A stretch of DNA of 64,000 nucleotides from Candidatus Peribacteria bacterium (GTDB lineage: Bacteria; Patescibacteriota; Gracilibacteria; Peribacterales; Peribacteraceae). Under the pieces are notes generated by a model, which worked only from the letters and a program-made list of their open reading frames with translations, was not told the origin of the DNA and made no database searches. The stretch is taken from positions 19,059 through 83,058 of the forward strand of contig JBEPVF010000006.1 in the NCBI GenBank assembly GCA_041691135.1. The letters run 5' to 3'. A program made the position numbers and the translations under genes. Shown here piece by piece: positions 28,417 to 39,700 of the stretch (position 1 is the first letter of the stretch; every line of letters begins with the position of its first letter).

Positions 28417-29454
28417 CTAAGCGTTGGCTAGGATGAAGCGCAGGAGCGTGTGCTCGGCCCAGTAGCCGTCGTAGTTGGTGGCGGGGTCTGGTTGGGCGAG
28501 GAAGGCGCAGTGGCCGCCCTGGGCGGTTTCGAGAAGAGTGATGTTCGGGTTCGAGATGATCTTGTCGCGGGTATCGGGTGCGATGCGAATGAAGGGATCG
28601 TCGAGAGAGCTAAGGATGAGGGTGGGGACGGTGATCTGGTCGACAACGCGAGCTGCGGCTACGCGATGATAGTAGTCCTCGGCCCCGGAGAAACCGGCGT
28701 AGAGAGCGATGATGCGCTCGTCGAAGTCGCGCAGCGAACTGATGCCTATCGCACGGTTGGGATCGAAGGCACGAGGGAAGAGCGATGCCTTGCGGCGAAA
28801 ACGGCGCAGCATGGCGCGTACGAATTTCTTCTCGTAGATGCGGTTCTGCCAAAGGTGGAGAGCGTCGGAGGAGGGAGCAAGATCGATGACCGGAGAGATT
28901 CCGATGGCCGCCCGGAGCTGTGGCGGCGGGGTTTTGCCGAGGTCGCCCGCAAGCTTGAGCACAAGATTGCCGCCCATGGAGTAGCCGATGAGCGCGATGG
29001 ATTGAAGCTGATGCAGATCGACGAAGAAACGCATGACGGCGTCGACGTCGCCTGAGAGACCAGAGTGGTAGAGCGTAGGCGCAAGCGCTTCGGTGCCGCC
29101 GCAGTTGCGCATGTTCATGCGGACGATGTTGCAGCCGGCCCGCCAGAGCTTGTTGGCGTTGCCGACCACGTACTGCGAATCGGAGGAGCCTTCGAGCCCG
29201 TGCACGATGATGGCGGTGGGACGGGCGGCGCGGACCTCTGCTGGCTGCCAGTGACAGTGGCAGAGGACCTGGCTGGAGATCTGATGCTCAGTGGCAGGAG
29301 AGACTTCGACGAGCTGGGCTTCGGGCGCAGGAAGACTGTTGGCGCGGGGAAGATAGTTGCCGAAGATGGTCTGCAGGTGGCCGCTGTGCAGGAAGCGCCG
29401 CGGCTGAAAGTCGGTGGTCTGAATGGCGTCGGTTGGAATCGTTGTTGCTGACAT
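28417..29454 (-). CDS. YheT-family alpha/beta hydrolase
   Basis: GHLQT, HGLEGS, GYSMGG, DDPFI and GGH motifs. Confidence 0.92.
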   Translation of the reverse strand: MSATTIPTDAIQTTDFQPRRFLHSGHLQTIFGNYLPRANSLPAPEAQLVEVSPATEHQISSQVLCHCHWQPAEVRAARPTAIIVHGLEGSSDSQYVVGNANKLWRAGCNIVRMNMRNCGGTEALAPTLYHSGLSGDVDAVMRFFVDLHQLQSIALIGYSMGGNLVLKLAGDLGKTPPPQLRAAIGISPVIDLAPSSDALHLWQNRIYEKKFVRAMLRRFRRKASLFPRAFDPNRAIGISSLRDFDERIIALYAGFSGAEDYYHRVAAARVVDQITVPTLILSSLDDPFIRIAPDTRDKIISNPNITLLETAQGGHCAFLAQPDPATNYDGYWAEHTLLRFILANA

Positions 29455-30215
29455 CAGTGCTTGTCCTCGATGGCGAGAGTGCGGTCGAGGAAAGCTTTGG
29501 CGTTGAGCGCGCCGGTCGGTTCGTCCTCGTGCTTGAAGTAGGCGTAGACATCGCGCTGCTGCGCGAGTGCGGTGAAACGTCTGGCGAAGGTGTCGAGTTC
29601 GGCGGAGGTGTAGCCGCCGCTGCTACGCAGGCGGAAACAGGTGAATCCGGCCGCGGTGTGTACCTCGGGAGTCTTAAGGTCGTCGCTTTCGGCGATGCAG
29701 AGCGCCGCGTCGTGTTGGCGCAGGAGGGTATAAATCTCGTCGCTGAACCACGACTCGTGGCGGAACTCAAATGCTATGCGGGGTGCATTCGATATCTGTA
29801 ATAAAGGTGTTGTGAGAAATGCGGTGAGCAGGGCGGCGTCAGCCTTGAAGTTCGGAGGGAGTTGAAAGAGCAGGGGGCCGAGTTTGCCTGCACGTCGAAC
29901 GGGCTCTAGCGCGGCGATGAATTGGGCCACGTCGGCTTCGCAATCGCGGAGACGTCTGAAGTGGGTGATGCGCTGCGGGGCCTTGAAGCTGAAGCGGAAA
30001 TGCGATGGAGTCGATGCCAGCCAGCCTTCCAGAATCTTTTCGGTGGGCAAGGCGCGGAAGGTGTAGTTGACCTCGACAGAGGTGAGTTGGGAGGCGTAGA
30101 ACTCGAGGAACTTCTTTGCGGGAGTGCCGGGAGGATAGAAGTCAGGTTTCCATGTCGGATAAGCCCAGCCGGAGGTTCCGGCATAGATTCGAGTTGAGGC
30201 TTGGGTGGAAACCAC
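29454..30215 (-). CDS. DUF72 family protein
   Basis: GTSGWAY, VEVNYTF, FSFKAPQRITH, LFQLPP and EFRHESW motifs. Confidence 0.92.
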   Translation of the reverse strand: MVSTQASTRIYAGTSGWAYPTWKPDFYPPGTPAKKFLEFYASQLTSVEVNYTFRALPTEKILEGWLASTPSHFRFSFKAPQRITHFRRLRDCEADVAQFIAALEPVRRAGKLGPLLFQLPPNFKADAALLTAFLTTPLLQISNAPRIAFEFRHESWFSDEIYTLLRQHDAALCIAESDDLKTPEVHTAAGFTCFRLRSSGGYTSAELDTFARRFTALAQQRDVYAYFKHEDEPTGALNAKAFLDRTLAIEDKH

Positions 30216-30258
30216 GACGGATCGGGGACCTGGAGTCGCTTATGAGGAGAGAAAATTT

Positions 30259-30334
30259 TGGGGCGGCTAGTGGGTTTCGAACCCACGACATCCGCTGCCA
30301 CAGAGCGGCGTTCTGCCACTGAACTATAGCCGCC
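30259..30334 (-). tRNA. tRNA-His (anticodon GTG) with encoded G-1
   Basis: G-GCGGCTA TAGTTCAGTGGCAGAAC...CCGCT CTGTGGC AGCGG...GTGGG TTCGAAA CCCAC TAGCCGC-C-CCA; TATAAT upstream. Confidence 0.95.
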
Positions 30335-30369
30335 GTATACTGAGAATTATAGCACCGAGTAGGAGTGCG

Positions 30370-30918
30370 ATGGAATTTACAGCAAAGCCCGAGGTTCCGC
30401 CGCCGCGCACGAAACGCGGGGGAAAGCTGAGCGGAAAATTATTCGATGACGAGAACCTGAATCTGCTGTCCCATGTCCTCGACGATTTTCTGAAGATTCC
30501 CGGAACTTCGATCCGCTTCGGCCTCGACGGCATTGTCGGCGTTATTCCGGGAATTGGCGATTTGATTGGCGGGATTGCTTCGTGCATCATCATCATCGCG
30601 GCCTGGATGCGTGGGGTTTCGTATGTCACGCTGGCGCGCATGGTGGCCAATGTCGGTATCGAGGTGGTGGTGGGATCGGTGCCGATTGTGGGAGACATGT
30701 TCGACATCGCCTGGCGGGCGAACCGGCGCAACTACGCCTTGCTGGCGGGCAGCCTGGTGCAGCCGCGAAAACATACGATTCAGAGTTGGGTATTTTTGAT
30801 TGTGCTCTGCGTTGTGCTGGCGGGGCTGGTGCTGTTGCCTATGCTGCTGATTGCATGGATGGCGGAACATGTGTTGCGAGCGATTGGTATGGACATGCAT
30901 CGACTCTTCGCAATGTAG
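30370..30918 (+). CDS. DUF4112 membrane protein
   Basis: LDDFLKIPGTSIRFGLDGIVGVIPGIGD and VPIVGDMFDIAWRANRRN motifs; AGGAG RBS. Confidence 0.9.
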   Translation: MEFTAKPEVPPPRTKRGGKLSGKLFDDENLNLLSHVLDDFLKIPGTSIRFGLDGIVGVIPGIGDLIGGIASCIIIIAAWMRGVSYVTLARMVANVGIEVVVGSVPIVGDMFDIAWRANRRNYALLAGSLVQPRKHTIQSWVFLIVLCVVLAGLVLLPMLLIAWMAEHVLRAIGMDMHRLFAM

Positions 30919-30957
30919 CGTGAGCCTTTGGCCTGAATGCTATAAACTAAAACGAGT

Positions 30958-31034
<77 letters not shown>

Positions 31035-31118
31035 TCTAACCTATTTACCTTCAACACTTTTGACCGAGTAAGGAGGGGATGATACCAAGAGTGATACCAC
31101 TTTGCCGGGAGTTTTCCC

Positions 31119-31329
31119 ATGCAGGTGAATATCACCAAGCGTATTAACACCCCCGAAGGCAAGCGTTACTGCCCTGTCGTCGTCGGTCCTAACGGCCGCA
31201 TCAAGCCCGATTGGGTGATGGTGAATGACCGCCAGGAAAAGCACCCAGAAGGCGCCTACTACCTTGACTGGAACGAAGACGGAAAGCGCAGGCGCATGTC
31301 CGTCGGCACCGACGCGGCTGCTGCGTATA
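31119..31329 (+). pseudogene. N-terminal stub of a tyrosine recombinase/integrase
   Basis: [29 protein letters not shown]...[20 protein letters not shown] resembles acidobacterial tRNA-linked integrase N-termini (from memory); the catalytic domain is absent. Confidence 0.7.
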
Positions 31330-31680
31330 CCACTCACTTCCAAAGGCAGGAACCGAGTAGACGCCCCAATGAATAAATATCCCAAATTTGGCATCCTTAT
31401 ACCACTCCGGCAACGGCACTCTGGAGAGCGTCGTCCAATCCTCGGTGTAGGGAAGGTCCGAACTTCGTCGATCTACTTTTTTGAGGATCGCCGCACGCTC
31501 AGCGTCATATTTGCTACTGGCCTTCTGCCATTGCTGATCAATTGTTGTGGCTGGAAGATCACGGGTGGGAGCATTCACCGACTAGGCACTCGCTGAAGTA
31601 TGTGTAAAAATAAGCACCGCGCACAGCGTTATCAGCAATACAACATAATGGAGGTGAAGGGCAGTGGCCTTAATCCAAAC
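31327..31680 (-). pseudogene. N-terminal stub of an alpha-L-fucosidase (GH29)
   Basis: [28 protein letters not shown] motif; in-frame TAG just after a signal-peptide-like stretch; truncated at the integrase junction. Confidence 0.85.
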
Positions 31681-31796
31681 ATAGTATCCAATTTCAGGTA
31701 TGGGTATCGTTCTTCTTCATGGCGATATTGCATTGGTCGACTTATCTGGTGATCAGATCTAAATCCTTTTGGTGCTCGTAAGTTTTGATATTAGGC

Positions 31797-34319
31797 TCAA
31801 GTCTGGATTAAGAATTTAACGGGACCGAGAAGACCGGAGGGCATGAGAATCGCGTCTTTTTTGTGGAAGTAATTCCATGTCGTGAACGTATAGCGCTCCT
31901 TGGAGGGACGAGTCTCGTTCTTGAGAAACCAGTCAGGCAACTCCTTCATGAAGTAGCCTCCCTTCAGAACGGGATCTCCCATCTCCCAGATGATATCCGG
32001 GGGCTCCTGTTCGTCCCCGATGAGACGATTCGCCCAACCATTGGTGACGGCAATCTCTATCTTGTTTTCGCCTGGAATGGCAGCAGAGGAAATGTCGATA
32101 CGCCAAGGCGATGTCCAGACAACCCCGAGCTCTTTGCCATTGACTGTGACAGTGGCTATATCCTTGACCGTCCCTAGGTCGAGCCATAACTTTTTACTCT
32201 TGTCGACATCAGGCAGTTTGAAAGTTTTGGCATAGATGGCTGTACCGGAATAGAATCTGATCCCTTTCTCGGCATGCATAGACCAATCGGCAAGTGAAGC
32301 AAACTCAATAGAGGCAGGCCCACCCCATGTAGGATCGAACTGAACTTTCCAGCTACCTGTGAGTTCAGTTACCAGAGAAAGAGTTGGTGAGTTACGGGTA
32401 GACTTTACGTCACTGTGGGGTTTGCGGAAAATAATAAAAAAACTCTGTGCCGGGGCAAAATCGAGATTAAACCTGGTGAAGCCGCTCGACTGGATAGTCT
32501 GGAGATCGTGCATGGTACCCCACACGGGGTCCCAAAGCTCAGGCTGAAGACCTGTGACAGGAAAAGTTAGCTGAGCGCTGCCGCCAGAGTTGCCAATGTT
32601 AGCCACAAAATAGATATGCTCCTTGCCGCGAAGGCGATGGATGCTTTTCAGATCGAGGCTTCCTTGCTGCAAGGTAAAACTGGCGCTGGTCTGAGTTGAA
32701 GCAGGGATAAAGCTTCCGGTCTGGAGCAGCGTCTGGCACCGCCAGAGATAGGTAAACCAAGCTTTACCGGGCTCCCACCATGTCTGATAGCGGCCCAAGT
32801 GGATACCCCACTGTCCCATGGCGTTGCCTGGTTTATACTCCGGCCCCCACGGTTGCTGGACAAAGTGGTGAATGTTAAAACGGTTGACTCCATCACAGAA
32901 GGCGGCATCACCAATGGGTTTGAGCCACGCAGGATTCGCCTGCCACGAAGCGAGCTCTGGAGCAGTCGTAAATGCTTCGGCTCCTACAATGCGTTGACCA
33001 AGCGCATGAGCGGTGTCGTTGACCGAACGGTTTGCAACAGGCGAATACTTGTTGTTGTGTGTCCAGAATTCCATGTTTGCATGGTCGAGATATTTAACAA
33101 CCTCAGTGGTGTCCCACGGCCCCTCGTAGGGTTCAGCTACAAATTCCAGACCATACTCATGAGCGATAGAGCGCGGTGTCTTCCAATAGCACTCACGGTA
33201 CAAATCCATAATGGTGCGCTTGAAGTCCTGTTTGAAGCGCGCAGTTTCGGCTTCACTAACAAGGGTACGGCCAGCCATTGCTGGAAGAAAGGTTAAGAGA
33301 TCGTAGCCACGGCGAACCTTGAACTCTTCGCTCATCTTTGGGGTCCAGGTCGGAGTGCCCGCCTCGTAGCTATCAAAATAGAAGGTGCTGAGGCCAGGGT
33401 TGCCAATGAGATCACCCACGTGTCTCTTAATGTCCTCAAGGACATGTCTGCAGTGGAAGGTGACTGCTTCGACGCTCATCTTGTCGCATTCCAGACCCAT
33501 GGCCCCCCACTGAGCAGGTTGGATCATGGCGCCGGTCGTAGTGTGGCCGAAGCGATAGATGGACCAGTTGCCGATGGGTGCGTCCCAGGTAAGTTCGTCG
33601 GTAGAACTCAATCTTCCAGTCAGATCGATAATCTTGTCTCTTGTGGCCGTGCCTTCGGATGGAATAGCAATGACTGCGATGTCGCGGTAATAGTTGCGGC
33701 GCGCCTCAACTACCGGAATTCCATCTTTACCCAGTGAGGGAATATAGACAGTAGGAAACTGTGCATGAGGATGGGGATCTACCACTGCACGGGCGAGGGT
33801 CTTTGTAATATGCCTACCACCTTCAACATGATGCTCGGACCAGACCACCTCTTGCATGGACAGTTCGGGTGTGATCCATGGGCCGCCACTGCTCTCGTAG
33901 CCTGCGCAGTTGTGAAGAATGAGTTCAAGCCCAAGGCGTCGGCATTCGGTAGCCGCATGACGCACCATAATCCACCAAGGCTCGGTAAAAGTTATGATCT
34001 CGGGTGTAGGGCTTTTAAGGATCACGCCTGCCCAAGGGGTAAGGGTATCGGCAAGACTGAAGATGGTTGCGCCCCCGATACCAGCCTCTTTCATCGCTTC
34101 TAGGTCGCGGGTAATGCCCTCTCTACTAATGTTGCTTCCCATCCACATCCAAAGAACATAAGGACGAGTTGAGGCGGCCGGCGCTTCAAATGCTTCGGCA
34201 AGATCGCTGACTATGGGATCTGGCATGGCACCTGGCACCTTGCCAACAGCAAATTGCGAGCGAAACAGTAGCGGCGAACTGGCCAAGAATGCAAGTACGT
34301 CTCTGCGCGTTGTCGTCAT
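31797..34319 (-). CDS. GH106-like glycoside hydrolase (alpha-L-rhamnosidase family), Tat-exported
   Basis: TRRDVL Tat signal; WMWMGSNISREGITRDLEAMKEAGIGG, GGPWITPE, GLECDKMS, DSYE, AEAFT and SGLLGPV motifs. Confidence 0.85.
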   Translation of the reverse strand: MTTTRRDVLAFLASSPLLFRSQFAVGKVPGAMPDPIVSDLAEAFEAPAASTRPYVLWMWMGSNISREGITRDLEAMKEAGIGGATIFSLADTLTPWAGVILKSPTPEIITFTEPWWIMVRHAATECRRLGLELILHNCAGYESSGGPWITPELSMQEVVWSEHHVEGGRHITKTLARAVVDPHPHAQFPTVYIPSLGKDGIPVVEARRNYYRDIAVIAIPSEGTATRDKIIDLTGRLSSTDELTWDAPIGNWSIYRFGHTTTGAMIQPAQWGAMGLECDKMSVEAVTFHCRHVLEDIKRHVGDLIGNPGLSTFYFDSYEAGTPTWTPKMSEEFKVRRGYDLLTFLPAMAGRTLVSEAETARFKQDFKRTIMDLYRECYWKTPRSIAHEYGLEFVAEPYEGPWDTTEVVKYLDHANMEFWTHNNKYSPVANRSVNDTAHALGQRIVGAEAFTTAPELASWQANPAWLKPIGDAAFCDGVNRFNIHHFVQQPWGPEYKPGNAMGQWGIHLGRYQTWWEPGKAWFTYLWRCQTLLQTGSFIPASTQTSASFTLQQGSLDLKSIHRLRGKEHIYFVANIGNSGGSAQLTFPVTGLQPELWDPVWGTMHDLQTIQSSGFTRFNLDFAPAQSFFIIFRKPHSDVKSTRNSPTLSLVTELTGSWKVQFDPTWGGPASIEFASLADWSMHAEKGIRFYSGTAIYAKTFKLPDVDKSKKLWLDLGTVKDIATVTVNGKELGVVWTSPWRIDISSAAIPGENKIEIAVTNGWANRLIGDEQEPPDIIWEMGDPVLKGGYFMKELPDWFLKNETRPSKERYTFTTWNYFHKKDAILMPSGLLGPVKFLIQT

Positions 34320-34389
34320 TATCTTTAAACCTCGCACCGCGGCTTCGGTCCGCGGCAAATATTTCTGTCCATACTTCTATTCTTTGAAC

Positions 34390-36657
34390 TTAGTTACTAA
34401 TTGGCGAGGTAATGCCGTGTTCGGGAGGAATTGCACGTTCACTTGCGTAGACGATAACAGGCTGCTTTGCCTCGACATCCACCACAATCATTCCATTTAC
34501 TACTCGAACCTTGAACGTGGAGCGGCCCTGTAAGCTCAAAGTTCGAGCGGTTATCTCGGTTGAATTCCAAGCAGAAGGGATTGTGTAGCGCAGTTGACGT
34601 GCAGTGCGCGCATAAAAGGCGATACGAGTTTCGTCGATAGGGCAGAAGGTAGCATCATTCTTTGCAATCTCCATCCCTTTCCACTCCGCCGAATAAGCCT
34701 GACTGGTAATGTCCATAGTTATCTGAGAGCCCAGCTCCAACAGTAAGCGACGTGATGAGTTCGTACTCTCATAAGCCTCGACAGATAACAAATGCAGCTT
34801 GCTGAAAGGAAGCGCAATAAGATAATAAAAGTCCGTCATCTTCGTACGGTCAGTATCTGCCTGGAACCACAGCGCGGATCGCGTATTCCAAAAGAGCTCG
34901 CGTTGAGGATGGATCGCCCCTCCTCCTGTGCCCCATATAGCAGCACCCCGATAGATCATCGATAGCATTGGCACCGCCTCGCCACCAAATGGACAATTGC
35001 TTATCCCCGGACCATCCATGGATACAGACAGCTTTCCGATGAAAGGGTATCGCAATTGCTCTGAGGTCACTGCGATCCCACGCTCGCGAAACTGTTCCAA
35101 AATCTTGTACTTGCCGTCTACGAGATTTTTATATCCGCTTGCGGGTTTTTGAGGATCCCAATCATTACGAACCGCAAACCAGGACATTGCATCGATCAGA
35201 ATCGCATCGCTGATCTTAAAGTGATCGTTGGTAAAGGCAATCCGCCTACTCCCCCACCCACCTTCCATGTATTTGGCCATGCCAACGACGTAAGAATCTT
35301 CTCCATCCCAAGCCCTGCTCTTCCATATCTTGCCATCAGGCCTGCGAGCGATGAACGCCTCATCGAACAGAGGGCTACTCTTATATGCATCGTCATAATT
35401 AACGTTTAGCGTCACGTTGGCATTAAAGCGTTTACCTGTCTGAATTAGCGCTTGAAGCTCTGCATCCGTTCCCAGGCTGGCGCTAATCTTGTCTTCTGAC
35501 GGAAAGCCAGTGTCTTGTCCATCGTAGGCGAACCCGCTAATGAAGGCGATTTGTGGAGCGTTGTCGGTCAACATGGCGATGTCACGCACTAAGGTTTCGC
35601 TCTGCTCGAATGTCGTTCTCGGCTGAGTATCGATCTTCCTTTTTCCCGCAACTATGTAAAGAAACTTATCGGAAAAATATTGTGTGGGTGCACTTGGCAT
35701 GCGAGCGCGCATAATTTTCGCCCCCGTCAACCATGGCTGCGCCTGTCCTTCACATGAGAAAAAATCGAAGCGCGTTCTCGGCGTCTGCCCAACAATCAAA
35801 TTTAACGTTTTACTGTCTCCGCAAATAGGTGGCCCACCGTCATTCATGTTGTAGCAGCGACCGCCATGTACGCGGTGGGTCATGACACAACCTAGTGTGG
35901 CGTGACGATAGCCTGAAGTTCCCTTTATTTCGGTTTCGGTGCCATCATGAAAAGCACTCACCTCCATTAGGCATCCAATGCCAGACCTTCCCACCATACC
36001 GACCGGCAGCTCCGTGCTGATCCGGCCAAAGTATTCGTTATCAGGAAGACGAAAGGCCTTTGAATCTTCCAGCTTTACGAAAGAACCGCCTCCGCGTCCC
36101 TCGGCCATCCATGCGGGCCCATCCTCTTCACGTACACACATTAGCTGTGGCAGTGCTACCTCAATCAGTTCGAAACCCGATTGTTCTTTCACCGACTCCA
36201 TCGTTATAACGAGAGACGCTCCATCAATAGCGTAGTGTAAGCAAAATGTTGACACTGTACTTCCTGCAAAGTCCAACCGAAACTCGCAGACCAGAGCATA
36301 ATTTGCCTGTTTGACCGAAATCAATTGGGCCGGTACAACTCGGTATTCACGAGGCTCTAATCGGCACACAATGGCCCGTGCTGGTTGTCCTTCATCCTCT
36401 CCCCATAGCCGTTGTCCGTTGAACTCGTACGAATAGGGAAGCCCGTCTTTCGAATCCAACGTCACTTTAAGCTCTGCAGTGCTCACAGTAACGGGCTTAA
36501 CGGGAGCCCGCCTCTTGCGCTCCGGTTGGCCTTGAGCAGTTGCATCAAGAGCACAAGCAGATATGGAAGCAATACCCAAAATAGGCTGTACCGCTTTGGA
36601 GACCGCACTGCTTCCAGCTAGCCGTGCGGCATCCTTGATCAAATCTCTGCGATTCAT
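34390..36657 (-). CDS. Tat-exported GH101-like (endo-alpha-N-acetylgalactosaminidase family) protein
   Basis: NRRDLIK Tat signal; GFAYDGQDTGFP and LNVNYDDAYKSSPL resemble the GH101-related barrel. Confidence 0.6.
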   Translation of the reverse strand: MNRRDLIKDAARLAGSSAVSKAVQPILGIASISACALDATAQGQPERKRRAPVKPVTVSTAELKVTLDSKDGLPYSYEFNGQRLWGEDEGQPARAIVCRLEPREYRVVPAQLISVKQANYALVCEFRLDFAGSTVSTFCLHYAIDGASLVITMESVKEQSGFELIEVALPQLMCVREEDGPAWMAEGRGGGSFVKLEDSKAFRLPDNEYFGRISTELPVGMVGRSGIGCLMEVSAFHDGTETEIKGTSGYRHATLGCVMTHRVHGGRCYNMNDGGPPICGDSKTLNLIVGQTPRTRFDFFSCEGQAQPWLTGAKIMRARMPSAPTQYFSDKFLYIVAGKRKIDTQPRTTFEQSETLVRDIAMLTDNAPQIAFISGFAYDGQDTGFPSEDKISASLGTDAELQALIQTGKRFNANVTLNVNYDDAYKSSPLFDEAFIARRPDGKIWKSRAWDGEDSYVVGMAKYMEGGWGSRRIAFTNDHFKISDAILIDAMSWFAVRNDWDPQKPASGYKNLVDGKYKILEQFRERGIAVTSEQLRYPFIGKLSVSMDGPGISNCPFGGEAVPMLSMIYRGAAIWGTGGGAIHPQRELFWNTRSALWFQADTDRTKMTDFYYLIALPFSKLHLLSVEAYESTNSSRRLLLELGSQITMDITSQAYSAEWKGMEIAKNDATFCPIDETRIAFYARTARQLRYTIPSAWNSTEITARTLSLQGRSTFKVRVVNGMIVVDVEAKQPVIVYASERAIPPEHGITSPISN

Positions 36658-36679
36658 AATTATCTAAACCCTCTTGTAG

Positions 36680-36711
36680 AAAAGATGGGGGCAAGGTGCC
36701 TCGCCCCCATC
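36680..36711 (-). terminator. Intrinsic terminator/attenuator after the island TBDR gene
   Basis: GATGGGGGC...GCCCCCATC stem followed by TTTT on the minus strand. Confidence 0.65.
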
Positions 36712-36735
36712 GGGCTGTCCGAATTACGCGTAGTA

Positions 36736-39700
36736 CTAGAAGCTTAGCTTGAGTGCGAATTGAAGTTGGCGCGGAAGGCCGGCAATGCTATTGATCACTC
36801 CAAAATTCGTATCACTAAAGTTGCCGTCAGGAAGTCCAGGATTAATAATGTTGAAGACGTTGAATGCCTCTGCGCGGAACTCTACGTTTCCAGTCTCGGC
36901 AAATGGAAAGTTTTTGAACAGGGATAGATCTGCGTTCTTGTAAGGCTGGCCTCGCATACTCCCTTTTCGGACATTACCGAAGGTGTAGGACGCCGGAGCC
37001 ACAAAAGCGGATTTATTGAACGCTAGTTTGTATGTAGGGTGGCTTAGATTTGGATTGCCCACCTGATTCGGCCGTTCATTTCCACCTGTCCCTACATTGG
37101 CAATATCACCATTAACACCCAGAGAGTAGCTTTGGCCACTCCTAAATTGAGTGAGTGTATTGACTTGCCAACCACCCAGCACATAGGAAATAGGGCCTGA
37201 CTTCAGGAATGGTTTTCCTTTGCCAAAGGGTAGCTCGTAGAGAGCAGATATTGAGAGGAACTGAGGAATGTTATATCCAGACGGCCCGTAGTTGGATCCC
37301 GGATCGTAGTAATTCTCCATGGAGGTTCCGGGCCCATCTTCCGCATTGAAGAGCCCAGAGCCGGTATCAAGTGATTTGGAAAAGGTATATGAGACCAATG
37401 CTTGTAGCCCATTGGCAAGTCGCTGCTCCAACTTGGCTTGGAACGAGTTGTAGTTTCCTGTTCCTCGCGAACTGTCATAGTGGAAATTCGTCATGTATGG
37501 AAATGGTCTGCGGGCGTTGACTTGTGCTGCAGTTCCAGGACCAGGCGTCACTGCTGAATTCGCACCTCCAGAGTTGTAATCTAAATGCCGCGACACACTG
37601 CCTACATAACCAGCTGACAAAAGTGTTTTCTTGGAGAAGGAGTGCTCCACCAACAAGTTGAACTGCTCTGAGTAAGGGGGGCGAAATTTAGGGCTGTAAT
37701 AGTAATTGCTGTCGTTGAAGGGACCGCCGGTTGTAAGTGGAGTACCGACTGAGGCCTGTGCCGCCGTAACTGTGACAAGAGGCGTACCCAAAACGTTGTA
37801 TGTTTGGGAGACTGAGCCCTTAGCTGGCCATTCCCCAACCGTATTCGACAGTAATTGGCTGATTCCATTCAAAGTGTCATACACAATCCCAAAGCCTCCG
37901 TGAACAACGGTGGAAGGCTGAATCATGTATGCAAACCCCACCCGTGGCCCGAACTGCAAGTTCAAAGAAGCTGGCGCTCTCGATGCTACAGGCGAGACAA
38001 TGATATGGCTACCGGCGACAGAACCATCTCGGCCAATAATTGCCGCCAAATTCACAGCCGCATCGGTACTTGCTCCCGGAATGCAGGGAGCGACAGGTTT
38101 CGCAAGACACGAGGGCGGCAGAACACCGCCGCCTATCTCCCAGTTACCAGTATCAAAATTGAACCCATTATTCATTCCGGCAGTAAAGCTGGGCTGGTTC
38201 TGTCGGTCGTAACGCAACCCTAGGTTCATTGTTAATTTAGGGGTTACTTTCCAAGAGTCACCTGCATAGATAGCGTACGCAGGAATTCCATATTTAATAG
38301 TGTTTTGCCCCTGGAAGTTGCCCGAGCTAGGATAAGCAAGTAGGGCGGAAGCTACTGCGTTACCCGTCGTAGACAAATTCGCTGGATCTGCTGTCTGAGC
38401 GGTATCGAAATTCAGATTCTGGCCTGTACCATGCTGGGACCTATATTGCTCAATCACAGTTGACCCGAAGCTAAGGCTATGCCTACCTAATTGCCAGTTG
38501 AGGACTCCGCCAACCGACCATGATGAATTGCGCCGCAACGCAGTGCTGTTCAGCCCGGACCCACCGTAAGCCGCAAGGTTAACCGCCACGGGACCATATT
38601 GATCGATGCCTTGAAAGCCCAATTGAGTGAGTGGAGCGAGGCCCACCGTTGAGAGGTTGACGAAGGTGAAAGCTCGACTTGCCCGGCCACCGTTGATGTT
38701 CAGTACCATCTTGGGAGAAAAAACATGCGTGATGCCCGCTCCGATATTGAGCCCTCCAAAATCTGTCGTATTACTTAGTTTGTGTGTTGAAGGCTGGTTA
38801 AGAAAGCTAAACATGTTGCTCCAGCGGAAGAATACGGTGTCCTTCTTGGTCACAACCTGATCGAGCCTGCCTTGGTAGTTGTTATCGTTATTAGTTGACG
38901 GGGCATTCAAGATCTCATTGAAATTTGAATTCCCAGTAAGGTTGGGTCGGTCGAAGTATGCTTGTATGTATCCCTGCATCTGCGCGTTGATCCGGCCAGA
39001 AGGGATCATACTGTTTGCAAACTGTTGCCGAGTATAAGTCTGGGTCGTTGAATTGAAGGTGGTCGTTGTAGGATCGAAAATCTGTGTGTTGCTGTGAGAA
39101 ACAGTGAAGTTTCCACTGATCTCAGTATCTGTCGGCACATTGTAGAGGCTGGCCGTCGGGTTACTGAAGCGCCATCCCTCATAGCCGAAGAAGAAGAAAG
39201 TCTTGTCCATGCCGTTATAAAGCTTCGGTATACGAACCGGACCACCAATTGTTCCGCCAAATTCGTTTTGATGAAATGCGCCAACCTTTTTTGCGCTTCC
39301 ATCCGAGTTAATGTCAGTAAAAGGGTTACGTGCATTGAAGGCATTGTTTCGGATGAATTCCCAGGTGCTACCGTGAAACTGGTTGGTTCCAGACTTGCTG
39401 ATCAAGTTCACCACACCGCCCAGAACCGATCCAAATGCAGGATCGTCGTTGTGTGACTGTACTTTGAATTCGCTGATTCCATCGATGATCGGTAAGACCG
39501 TATAAGTTGTCGTCCGAAAGTCAGTGTTGACAACCCCGTCCAGAAGGTAAAGTGTCTCCCTATTTTGCTGCCCATTAATGGCTGGATTTGAGAACGAACT
39601 TCCGGGAATGGCAACGGCCCCGCCATCATCCGTACCGATGCGCGCACCCTGACTGGTACTCACTGGAGTGGCACCGGGTACGAGGGTCAGTAGTTGAGTG

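Noticed and set aside
30259-30334. Possible att-site duplicate of tRNA-Pro
   Set aside because: It folds as a complete tRNA-His; I found no tRNA-Pro 3' duplicate in the window.
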